From contig OZ223209.1 in the NCBI GenBank assembly GCA_965140415.1, positions 1,088,001 through 1,152,000 of the forward strand: a DNA stretch of 64,000 bases, in the 5' to 3' direction. The notes beneath the pieces are model-generated. The model saw nothing but the letters and a program-made list of their open reading frames with translations. It had not been told where the DNA came from and ran no database searches. This document shows positions 46,635-55,202 of this stretch, one piece after another; the first letter of the stretch is position 1; each line of letters begins with the position of its first letter. Position numbers and translations under genes: made by a program. Source of the DNA: Myxococcota bacterium (GTDB lineage Bacteria > Myxococcota_A > SURF-8).

Positions 46635-47351
46635 ATGAATCAACCTCCCAGTAATACGAAAAACGGATGGAACGAATTGTCTCGGCAAATATCAGAGGTC
46701 GGGCACGATCTGAACAACATGATTTCCGCGATGATCGGCAATATTGAATTACTTAGACTCGATCTGGATACGACGCAATACGAAACAAGTGAAGAGTTGC
46801 TTTCCGCAAGTATGAATGCCAGAAAGCTTACAAGAAAACTGATGAACATTGTTCGCAGCAACTCAATTGAAGTCAACAATATTGAAGCAGAAATATTCTA
46901 TAAGGAGCACAACAATCCCTTGGTTGATGATCCAAACAAAACCCCTGAATACTGTCCGGAAGGGACCGAGAATATCCTGCTTGTGGATGATGACGCATCG
47001 GTACTTCGCATAATAAACAAGAAGCTTTTATCGCTCGGATATCATGTCACTATTAGTCCGAATGGAGAAGAAGCGGTTGAGAAAATATTAAAGAACCTTA
47101 AAGGATATGATTTGATTATCACCGACCAGAACATGCCTGTAATGACCGGCATGGAACTGGCTAGAAAAATCGCGGAAATTACGCCTTCAACCAAGGTGAT
47201 GATGCTGACAGGAGGAAATCCTTCCGAGTTGAGGAATGAATTCGGTCGTTTCGGATTCAAAACAATTCTTCAGAAACCTATTGATATCATTGAGTTGTCT
47301 CATCGAATTCGATCTGAACTGGATGATTATAATTTCGGGAACAAGAAATGA
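46635..47351 (+). CDS. HisKA-like helix pair joined to a REC domain, no ATPase domain
   Basis: VGHDLNNMISAMIGN followed after a short linker by ILLVDDD..TDQNMP..LQKP. Confidence 0.8.
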   Translation: MNQPPSNTKNGWNELSRQISEVGHDLNNMISAMIGNIELLRLDLDTTQYETSEELLSASMNARKLTRKLMNIVRSNSIEVNNIEAEIFYKEHNNPLVDDPNKTPEYCPEGTENILLVDDDASVLRIINKKLLSLGYHVTISPNGEEAVEKILKNLKGYDLIITDQNMPVMTGMELARKIAEITPSTKVMMLTGGNPSELRNEFGRFGFKTILQKPIDIIELSHRIRSELDDYNFGNKK

Positions 47352-48745
47352 GCGATATTTTAATAATAGACGACAGCGTGCATTACTGCAACATGCTGGC
47401 TGAACATATTCAACATGCCGGACATGGCGTTTCCGTATCGCACAATATTGCCGATGGTCTGAAGAAGGCCCAGAGAAATATTTACGACGTGGTCTTTCTT
47501 GACATTCAATTGCCTGATGGTTCCGGACTGGAAATTCTGCCTTGGCTACAGCAACTCGAACAAGCGGCTGAAATAATCATCATATCCGGATACGGCGATG
47601 CGAAAAGTGCGGAGATCGCCATCACTAGCGGAGCCTGGGATTTTATACACAAACAATCCTCTACCCAATCCATTCTTCTATCTTTGACCCGAGCATTGCA
47701 ATACCGGGAAAGCAAACAAAAATCAGAACGAAAGATTGCTTATCATGCGCCGGACATTGTCGGAACTTCATCGCGGATGAAAGCGTGTCTTGATACCGCC
47801 GCGCAGGCGGCAAGCAGCGATGTCAGCACGTTGATTTCGGGAGAAACGGGTACTGGAAAGGAACTATTCGCAAGAAGCATACATGAAAACAGTTCCAGGC
47901 ATAACGAGCCTTTTGTGGTTGTGGACTGCGCTTCGCTACCGGAAAATCTGGTAGGAAGCATTCTTTTCGGATATGAGAAAGGGTCGTTTACTGGAGCGGA
48001 TAATCGAAAAGATGGCCTTATCAAGCATGCCGACGGTGGGACTTTATTCCTTGATGAAATCGGCGAAATGCCCCTTGATCTACAGAAATCTTTTTTGAGA
48101 GTTATCCAGGAGAGATGCTTCAGACCCGTTGGAGCGAGAAATGAAGTCCGAAGCGATTTCAGATTGATTTCCGCGACCAATAAGAATTTGGATGAATTGG
48201 TAGAGAAAAATCGCTTTCGTTCGGATCTGCTTTTTCGTATTCGAGCATTGACCGTAGCGATACCTCCGCTTCGAGAGCGCATGGAAGACCTAGCCACCCT
48301 TGCAAGTCACTTTGTTGTTAAGGAATGCCGGTTGCGGGGTCGGGAAATTAAAGGTATCTCTGAAAATTTCCATGAGGCGATCGAATCCTACGACTGGCCT
48401 GGAAATGTGCGAGAACTTGAAAACGCCATATACGGTTCGGTCTCAAAGGCAGGGGCTGAGCCAGTTTTATTTGCCAAACATCTGCCCATCAATATTCGAG
48501 TTCCCGTTGCCCAAGCTTCGATACCAAATCACTCGCAGGAGGGCTATAACGCGAACAGTGATATAGATGTGAGTCTTTCTGAGCTAAAGCCAATAAAAGA
48601 AATGCGAATGAATTTTGAGAAAGCTTATCTGCGTGAACTCATCAATCAATCAGAAGGAAATATTGAGAAGGCTTGTTCGATTTCTCAACTTTCACGACCA
48701 CAAGTTTACTCCACCCTTAAAAAGCACGGCTTGAGATTGAAATAG
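47348..48745 (+). CDS. NtrC-family sigma54-dependent response regulator
   Basis: REC; GETGTGKE; GSFTGA loop; LFLDEIG; WPGNVREL; Fis-type HTH. Confidence 0.93.
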   Translation: MSDILIIDDSVHYCNMLAEHIQHAGHGVSVSHNIADGLKKAQRNIYDVVFLDIQLPDGSGLEILPWLQQLEQAAEIIIISGYGDAKSAEIAITSGAWDFIHKQSSTQSILLSLTRALQYRESKQKSERKIAYHAPDIVGTSSRMKACLDTAAQAASSDVSTLISGETGTGKELFARSIHENSSRHNEPFVVVDCASLPENLVGSILFGYEKGSFTGADNRKDGLIKHADGGTLFLDEIGEMPLDLQKSFLRVIQERCFRPVGARNEVRSDFRLISATNKNLDELVEKNRFRSDLLFRIRALTVAIPPLRERMEDLATLASHFVVKECRLRGREIKGISENFHEAIESYDWPGNVRELENAIYGSVSKAGAEPVLFAKHLPINIRVPVAQASIPNHSQEGYNANSDIDVSLSELKPIKEMRMNFEKAYLRELINQSEGNIEKACSISQLSRPQVYSTLKKHGLRLK

Positions 48746-48770
48746 CTTTACCTTTCAGCCCTTTCCCGCC

Positions 48771-48930
48771 GTCTTAAATAATCAGACAAATCAAAATTCC
48801 CAGACTCGAATTTGCAGACACATCGTTTTCTTCGCTCTAAGTGAAAAGCGAGGCAAGATGGAATACGCCTATATTATCAGTGATTTATGGCATCTGTCCG
48901 CGCATTCTAAAAACTGGTCCGTTTCTTGCT
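48771..48930 (+). promoter_or_regulatory. Predicted sigma54 promoter with IHF site and candidate enhancer
   Basis: TGGTCCGTTTCTTGCT (48915-48930) with GG-N10-GC spacing; TATCAGTGATTTA (48875-48887) fits WATCARnnnnTTR; GTCT-N9-AGAC at 48771-48787. Confidence 0.65.
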
Positions 48931-48984
48931 AAAGTTCAAGAGCATCTCCGTAATTGTTTCTTCTTGTTTAGGGGAATGGGTGAT

Positions 48985-49395
48985 ATGAAGCTGTTGATAT
49001 GGAGCAATGATCTCTCGATCTACAAAAGCAAAATATCCAGGCTTGTCGAGCAGGTCGACTCGGAACAGGTGATGTGGGAAGAGGATCTCCTTTCCTTTCG
49101 AAAAACATTACTTGAAAATCGTACGGAAATCGAAGCCCTGCTCATCGCGCCAATTTCGCTTGAAGGACTCAAGCAGATTCTTGAATTAAAGCCATTATTC
49201 GATGGATTGCGATTGTTAATCGCCCTGCCGGATACGGAAATCGAAAGCCTGAACCTCGCCCTGAAACTCTTTCCACGATATGTTGCCCAATCGAACGATC
49301 CACCCCGTCACATCGAACTCATCCTGATGAGAATGCTGAATAGGGTATCGAGCAAAACAGATACAGATATAGAAGGCAAGGTGCCAAGAAAATAA
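48985..49395 (+). CDS. Hypothetical protein, possibly a degenerate receiver-like fold
   Basis: Purine-rich RBS; alternating beta/alpha pattern without the REC acidic residues; lies between the sigma54 promoter and cheW. Confidence 0.6.
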   Translation: MKLLIWSNDLSIYKSKISRLVEQVDSEQVMWEEDLLSFRKTLLENRTEIEALLIAPISLEGLKQILELKPLFDGLRLLIALPDTEIESLNLALKLFPRYVAQSNDPPRHIELILMRMLNRVSSKTDTDIEGKVPRK

Positions 49396-49454
49396 GCATG
49401 CGATTCGATTCAGCATTGAAAGAAAAGGAATCTGAAAATATGGAGGGCCAAAAT

Positions 49455-50018
49455 ATGCACGAGAATCCAACAGCAATTGAACGGGAATCAGGCAACGAGA
49501 TAGAAACCGTACCAATTGGAGACTTGCTGAAAGGCAAGTATATGACTTTCAAACTGGATAAAGAGGCCTACGGACTTCAGATTCTGAAGGTTAAGGAAAT
49601 CATTGGATACATGGACATCACCAAGGTGCCGAAAACCGAAGCATTCATGCGGGGAATCATCAACCTGCGAGGCAAGGTGATTCCGGTTATCGATCTACGC
49701 CTCAAGTTTAATATGGATGAAATGGAGCCTGATGAACAAACCGTTATTATCGTGGTTCAGCTCCGGTATCGCGATAGTGACATCACGATGGGCATTATCG
49801 TAGATGAAGTGATGGAGGTTCTGGATATTCAGGCTACCCAGATCGAACCGTCTCCCAGTTTCGGGTCTGCTTCCGTGGACACTGAATTCATCCTCGGAGT
49901 TGGTAAAGCCGAAGAGCGTGTCATCTTTTTACTGGACATCAACAAGGTTTTGTCTGGTGAAGAGCAGCGAGTGCTCGCCCAAAAACAGAGTGAAATGGAG
50001 ACGCAAGTCCAAGAGTAA
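49455..50018 (+). CDS. cheW: Chemotaxis coupling protein
   Basis: KYMTFKL..EAYG..ILKVKEII, GIINLRGKVIPVIDLR, GIIVDEV; GGAGG before ATG 49455. Confidence 0.95.
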   Translation: MHENPTAIERESGNEIETVPIGDLLKGKYMTFKLDKEAYGLQILKVKEIIGYMDITKVPKTEAFMRGIINLRGKVIPVIDLRLKFNMDEMEPDEQTVIIVVQLRYRDSDITMGIIVDEVMEVLDIQATQIEPSPSFGSASVDTEFILGVGKAEERVIFLLDINKVLSGEEQRVLAQKQSEMETQVQE

Positions 50019-50066
50019 AATCTCGAGGAATTCAACATTTTAAACCGAGCAAAAGGAGACAGTAGG

Positions 50067-52481
50067 ATGAAAAACATGAAGATTGGAACCAAGTTAATTG
50101 CTGCGTTTGCCTTTATTGCAGCGATCGGCGTCGCAATCGGGATCGTTGGGCTCAACGCTTCCGATAAAATTGGAAAGGCCGGAATAGAAGTGGGAGAGGT
50201 ACGCCTGCCAAGTGTGGATGCGCTGCTTGTAATGAGCGAAGCGCAAACGTCTGTAATGGTAGGAGAGAGAAGCTTGTTGTCGAGACGATTATTTAATGAT
50301 CCAACCGAGCGGGCGATTCAATATAAGAGGATCGAAAATTCATTAGAACGCGCGGCTGCTGCAAGAGAGCAATACGAACCCCTACCCCAGACAAAAGAAG
50401 AAGCTGCGGAATGGAAACGTTTCGCAAAATTGTGGGAGGAATGGAAATCAGAAGATGCGGCTTTTGTTTCGCTGTTGAAACAAAAAGAGCAGATCATGCA
50501 AGCACAAACGGAGGATAAAGAAAGTCGTATCGCAGAGATCGACGAGAAAATATTCAGCCAAGTCGCGCCCTTGCGTGACAGCTTCAGGGCGGCGGAAGAG
50601 AGTCTCGGTAAAATCATTGATATCAATAAGGATATTGCAAAAGCCGAAATCCTGCACTTGAATGAAACTGAAAAAAGCTCTTCAACATTGATTCTGATTG
50701 TCATGATTATCGGCTCTCTGATTGCGCTGTTTATCGGGTATTTCTTCTCGAAAAACATTTCAACACCGGTGAGAAAGATGGCTGAGATTGCCGATGCACT
50801 TGCCCATGGCGATATCAATCAGGATATCAATATGAATCGAGGGGATGAGATTGGAGAACTTGCTGCTTCCTTCCAGCAAATGATTGAGGTACAAAAAGGT
50901 TTGGCTGAGAATGCCGGAGCATTATCGGACGGGGATATGTCCGTCGAAATCGCTCCTCGATCTCAAAAGGATGTTCTTGCGCATGCGATGTTGAAGATGA
51001 AGACGGTTGTCAATCTCCTAATCGACGAGATGAACCACATGGCCGCCGAACACAATGCGGGCGATATCGATGTATTGGTGGACAAAGGAAAATTCAAAGG
51101 TGCGTTTGCCACGATGGCCGAGGGCGTTAACGATATGGTAAACGGCCATATCGCCGTTAAAAAGAAAGCAATGGCCTGCATTGCCGAATTCGGGAAAGGC
51201 AACTTTGACGCACATTTGGAAAAATTCCCAGGAAAAAAAGCTTTTATCAACGATACGATCGAGATCGTTCGAGCGAACTTAAAAGCTTTGATCGAAGACG
51301 CCGGCAAGCTTGTCGATGCGGCTGTTGGCGGCAATCTTTCTTTCAGAGCCGATGCTACGAAGCATGAAGGCGATTTTAAGAAAATCGTTGATGGTGTCAA
51401 CAAAACGCTCGACGCCGTTCTTGATCCGATCAACGAAGCGGCGACCGTACTCGAATCACTAGCCGAGAGGGATTTGACAGCAAGGGTCAAAGGAAATTAT
51501 CAAGGGGATCATGCCAAGATCAAGGATTCGCTTAACCAGATGGCAAATGCGCTTCACGATGCCTTGAGCCAGGTGGCCGAAGCCGTCGGACAGGTAACTA
51601 GTGCGTCGTCTCAGATTGCATCTTCCAGTCAGGCCGTGGCCGAAGGCGCGAGCGAGCAGGCATCGAGCCTAGAGGAAACAAGCTCCAGCCTCGAAGAAAT
51701 GGCCTCAATGACTAAGCAGAACGCCGATAATGCCAAGCAGGCGGATGTCATGGTTCGCGATGCTCAAGGCGCGAGTAACGAAGGCGGTAAGGCTATGGTT
51801 CAGATGTCTGAAGCAATGGTCAAAATTAAGACATCGGCAGAAGGAACGGCCGCGATCATCAAGGATATCAACGAGATCGCCTTCCAGACCAATCTTCTTG
51901 CTCTGAATGCAGCGGTTGAGGCAGCTCGCGCCGGTGAAGCCGGGCGAGGTTTTGCGGTCGTCGCCGAGGAAGTTCGCAATCTCGCGCTTCGCGCAAAGGA
52001 TGCTGCCCAAAAGACAGAATCCTTAATCAATGAATCCGTAAGTCTTGCCGATCAAGGCGAATCCGTATCTGGAGAAGTCAATGCTAAACTTAAGGATATA
52101 GTGGCTGGTATCACCAAAGTTTCCGGCATCATAGGCGAAATCGCTACGGCAAGTCAGGAGCAATCCAATGGTATCGAGCAGGTTAACAGAGCCGTTGCCG
52201 AAATGGATAAGGTTACTCAGCAGAATGCGGCGAATTCCGAGGAGTCTTCAAGCGCCAGCGAGGAGTTGAACAGTCAAGCAGAAGAGTTGGCCGCTATGGT
52301 GGGCGGGTTCAAGTTGAATCGAACCTCTTTTGGAGCAAGCAAAACAAGATCGCTCTCCAGGTCTCCCCAAAAGCAATCGCTTCCCGCCCGGAAACAAGAA
52401 GGAAGCAATGGCTCGGGGATGATGCTATCTCCAGAAGACGTGATTCCAATGGATAGTGATCCCGATTTTCAGGATTTCTGA
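50067..52481 (+). CDS. Methyl-accepting chemotaxis protein (4HB sensor, poly-HAMP, C-terminal pentapeptide)
   Basis: Two TM helices; [34 protein letters not shown]; ends DFQDF. Confidence 0.95.
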   Translation: MKNMKIGTKLIAAFAFIAAIGVAIGIVGLNASDKIGKAGIEVGEVRLPSVDALLVMSEAQTSVMVGERSLLSRRLFNDPTERAIQYKRIENSLERAAAAREQYEPLPQTKEEAAEWKRFAKLWEEWKSEDAAFVSLLKQKEQIMQAQTEDKESRIAEIDEKIFSQVAPLRDSFRAAEESLGKIIDINKDIAKAEILHLNETEKSSSTLILIVMIIGSLIALFIGYFFSKNISTPVRKMAEIADALAHGDINQDINMNRGDEIGELAASFQQMIEVQKGLAENAGALSDGDMSVEIAPRSQKDVLAHAMLKMKTVVNLLIDEMNHMAAEHNAGDIDVLVDKGKFKGAFATMAEGVNDMVNGHIAVKKKAMACIAEFGKGNFDAHLEKFPGKKAFINDTIEIVRANLKALIEDAGKLVDAAVGGNLSFRADATKHEGDFKKIVDGVNKTLDAVLDPINEAATVLESLAERDLTARVKGNYQGDHAKIKDSLNQMANALHDALSQVAEAVGQVTSASSQIASSSQAVAEGASEQASSLEETSSSLEEMASMTKQNADNAKQADVMVRDAQGASNEGGKAMVQMSEAMVKIKTSAEGTAAIIKDINEIAFQTNLLALNAAVEAARAGEAGRGFAVVAEEVRNLALRAKDAAQKTESLINESVSLADQGESVSGEVNAKLKDIVAGITKVSGIIGEIATASQEQSNGIEQVNRAVAEMDKVTQQNAANSEESSSASEELNSQAEELAAMVGGFKLNRTSFGASKTRSLSRSPQKQSLPARKQEGSNGSGMMLSPEDVIPMDSDPDFQDF

Positions 52482-52519
52482 TCTTCTCCCGCCATTGCAG
52501 CCATTGCAGCAGGCAAAAC

Positions 52520-52555
52520 AAACCGGGAGCCCTGAACCAACTCCCGGTTTTATTA
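52520..52555 (+). terminator. Intrinsic terminator after the MCP gene
   Basis: Stem AAACCGGGAG (52520-29) / CTCCCGGTTT (52541-50) followed by TATTAT. Confidence 0.75.
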
Positions 52556-52937
52556 TGTATCGAAAACCCCGCGCTATGCGTGGGGTTCATAAAAGGCGAA
52601 GCCTATCGGTATGAAAAAACCACTCTCCGTGTATAAAGGAGTTGTTCCGACTTCCATCATACCCTCACCTCTGAATATGAATTTGGAGGTTACAGATTTT
52701 TCAAAAGTACTCTGGAATCGCACAGAGCTAGAAAATCTGTCGAGCGATTTCGCGATGCAATTAATAGATGGAACAAAGACTATAGTCAGGAGGCTCAATG
52801 AGATGAAAATGATAACAGTTGAACAAATTATAAAGCCAGGCTATGGCCGCGCCCCTTCTACCCCGGTTTTTGCTCCAGGGGAAACGAATCCCAAAGAAAC
52901 GGTCCTTTTAGCAGCGCAACCCAACGATATTATTGAC

Positions 52938-53250
52938 TAATAGTGGTCTCTTTTGGAGCATTTCCCAAAGGAATCGGCGTGTTCTTTGGGAAGTCACGGT
53001 GGCTTGGAAGGCCATGATATTACACGGCTATTCCTGCGCTCTTTGGGAGCGATTTGTTTTCGATTCCCAAAGGATACCCACCAGTGGGAAGCATAAAACG
53101 AGATTCCAAACTGAAATCATTGAGGAATTCGTCTCCAGTGGGAAGCATTTTCAGGGTATTTTCGGTCAAACCGAGGCTGGCGAAGGGGCGTAGAGACGTT
53201 CTATCTATTTATTATCACTTGGTTATTAGTGATCTCTTTGGGAAGTCGAC
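52938..53250. repeat. Field of short direct and inverted CTTTGGGA/TCCCAAAG-type repeats
   Basis: CTTTGGGA at 52984, 53041, 53236; TCCCAAAG at 52963, 53066; CCAGTGGGAAGCAT at 53081 and 53136. Confidence 0.7.
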
Positions 53251-53411
53251 TCCGACCTGCTTTCAGCCCCCGAAATCGCATCGAAAACCCTCAGCCACCG
53301 GAGGCGCGAAAACAGGGCTGCGGACATGTTTTCTGTCACTGTGTCCGCGAACGAGCCTTTTTCGCGGGAGTGACATGGTGACGGAAAATGCGTCACTTCG
53401 GAGCCGACTGG

Positions 53412-54455
53412 CTATCTCACAATCTCCCAGCGAGCGCCGCGGCCTTTGCCGGTGAGCTTGACGGTCCCCTCATCTTTCATCTGTGAAAGCACCTTCTTGA
53501 TGAGTTGGCGGCTGGCGGCGGGCAGTTGCGCGGCCAGATCGGCCAGCGTGAACGACTCCACCTGGGCGAGCACAGTCTGGCGCACCCAATCGCTCTTGGC
53601 CGAGCGGCCGCCGGCGGACTCCACCTGGCGTTCGAACTCCCTATAGCCCTGGCGCAGGATGCTGAGGAAATAATTCCACCAAGGGAGAATCTCGTTTGTT
53701 CCCTCATGCCAGCCGGTCGAACACTCGGCCAGCACCCGGTAGTATTCCGACTTGTCTTCTTCAACGAGGCGTTCGAGACTGACGTAGCGGCTCACCTCGA
53801 AACCCAAGTCCTTGAGCAACAGCGTCGTCGCCAGCCGGGAGACGCGACCGTTGCCGTCCCGGAAGGGATGGACACACAGCAGGTCGAAAACGAAGGTGGC
53901 GACGAGCAGCAGCGGCGGGATCTGCTGCTCCTCGATGCCTTCCCGATAGCCGGCGCACAGGCGCTCGATGGTTTTCGGAGTCTCTTTGGCGCTCGTCGGA
54001 ACGAAGCGAATCAGCCGTTCGCCGTTCGGCAGAATCTCGATGATTTCATTGTTCCTGGCCTTCCAACGTCCTGCGTCGCCGGAGAAGCCGCCCTGGGCCA
54101 TGGCGTGCAGTTTGAGAATGACCTCGGGCGTCATCGCCACCGGTCGTTTCCTGGAGAAGATCCAGTCCAGCGCCTTGCGGTAGCCTGCCAGTTCCTCCTC
54201 CGGACGGTCTTGAGGCCGCGCTTTGCCAATCACGAGGGGGCGCAGACGTTCGGGGGAGACGGTGACTCCTTCGATGCGGTTGGAGGACTCGACGCTCTGG
54301 ATGATGGCCTGCTCGCGCAGCACGGCGAGGACTTCCGGTTTCTGCCGGGTCCATAACTCCTGCTTGCCGCGCGCCTCCATGCAGACGCCCAGCATCCAAC
54401 CGGTAGTGACGGGGATCGATGTCGCGGCCAGCCTGTCTTTCTTCAGTGTCAGCAT
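53412..54455 (-). CDS. fic: Fic-family AMPylase with N-terminal inhibitory motif and C-terminal winged helix
   Basis: HPFRDGNGRVSR catalytic motif; SSNRIEG inhibitory motif. Confidence 0.92.
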   Translation of the reverse strand: MLTLKKDRLAATSIPVTTGWMLGVCMEARGKQELWTRQKPEVLAVLREQAIIQSVESSNRIEGVTVSPERLRPLVIGKARPQDRPEEELAGYRKALDWIFSRKRPVAMTPEVILKLHAMAQGGFSGDAGRWKARNNEIIEILPNGERLIRFVPTSAKETPKTIERLCAGYREGIEEQQIPPLLLVATFVFDLLCVHPFRDGNGRVSRLATTLLLKDLGFEVSRYVSLERLVEEDKSEYYRVLAECSTGWHEGTNEILPWWNYFLSILRQGYREFERQVESAGGRSAKSDWVRQTVLAQVESFTLADLAAQLPAASRQLIKKVLSQMKDEGTVKLTGKGRGARWEIVR

Positions 54456-54687
54456 CGTTTCTCCTCGGTTGCCTTCGCGCAGTAGCCCAATAATAGCCGA
54501 TTGTGGCCCGAGTAGCCAATTCTTTTTTCCAGATCAAATCGGGATGGTTATTGCAAAGCGAGGTTGAAAGTAAAGGCTGCTTTACTAAAGAGTGGGGTTG
54601 GAAAAAGTTTCTTTCCTGGCGAATGATAGCAGAGCATTGTTCACAAACATCGGGCTGACAAAAGCAACCGTCTGATCCCTTATGGAC

Positions 54688-54990
54688 TGTCACCGCAAGT
54701 GTCACCGATGTAACCGCGTGTAACCGGTAACCGGTGACACGGATTCGCCTGTAATTCCATGTGGATAAGTCCTCCTGTCACCGCGTCACCGCTTTTTTTG
54801 CCATATCTTACGCAATGCAGCTCAGAGGGAAGGCCATCCTCGCGTTCGTCACATGCGTGCGCATACACGTATAGTTGAGAGAGATGTCCGAAAAAGCGGT
54901 GACGCGGTGACAATCTCATAATGTCCATTATTATCAACGACATAACTCATCCAAAGACCGGTGACGGAAGCGGTGACGGCGTGGTGATGC
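54688..54990. repeat. Iteron-like array (GT[C/A]ACCG) with a 22-bp perfect inverted repeat and a DnaA box
   Basis: 7 forward and 5 reverse copies; TGTCACCGCGTCACCGCTTTTT (54776-97) / AAAAAGCGGTGACGCGGTGACA (54891-912); TGTGGATAA at 54760-68. Confidence 0.85.
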
Positions 54991-55009
54991 GAATGCACAG
55001 CCTCGCGAA

Positions 55010-55162
55010 ATGGTCAATGACCGGCTGGCGGCATTTATTCCGCATGCACTTCCACCCACCGCCCCTCTGCTGGAACTCGACGAAACCCTGCTCGAACTCC
55101 TGAATCGGGCCGAGCGAAGCCTGGTCCGACTGGAATCGTCGCTATTAGCAAAAACACTTTAG
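55010..55162 (+). pseudogene. N-terminal fragment of a second Fic/DOC-family gene
   Basis: Manual translation MVNDRLAAFIPHALPPTAPLLELDETLLELLNRAERSLVRLE resembles Fic N-termini; stops after 50 codons. Confidence 0.6.
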
Positions 55163-55202
55163 AAAAACGATGCGATGGGTATTAATTGGTTGTAGTAACA
55201 CA

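Noticed and set aside
48841-48984. N-terminal extension of the 184-aa ORF
   Set aside because: It overlaps the predicted sigma54 promoter; a downstream ATG with RBS is more plausible
52611-53455. ORFs 52611-52940, 52933-53193 and 53054-53455
   Set aside because: No recognisable motifs or good RBS, and they overlap repeat fields
54481-54520. Short TAGCC repeats upstream of fic
   Set aside because: Too short and irregular to call an operator
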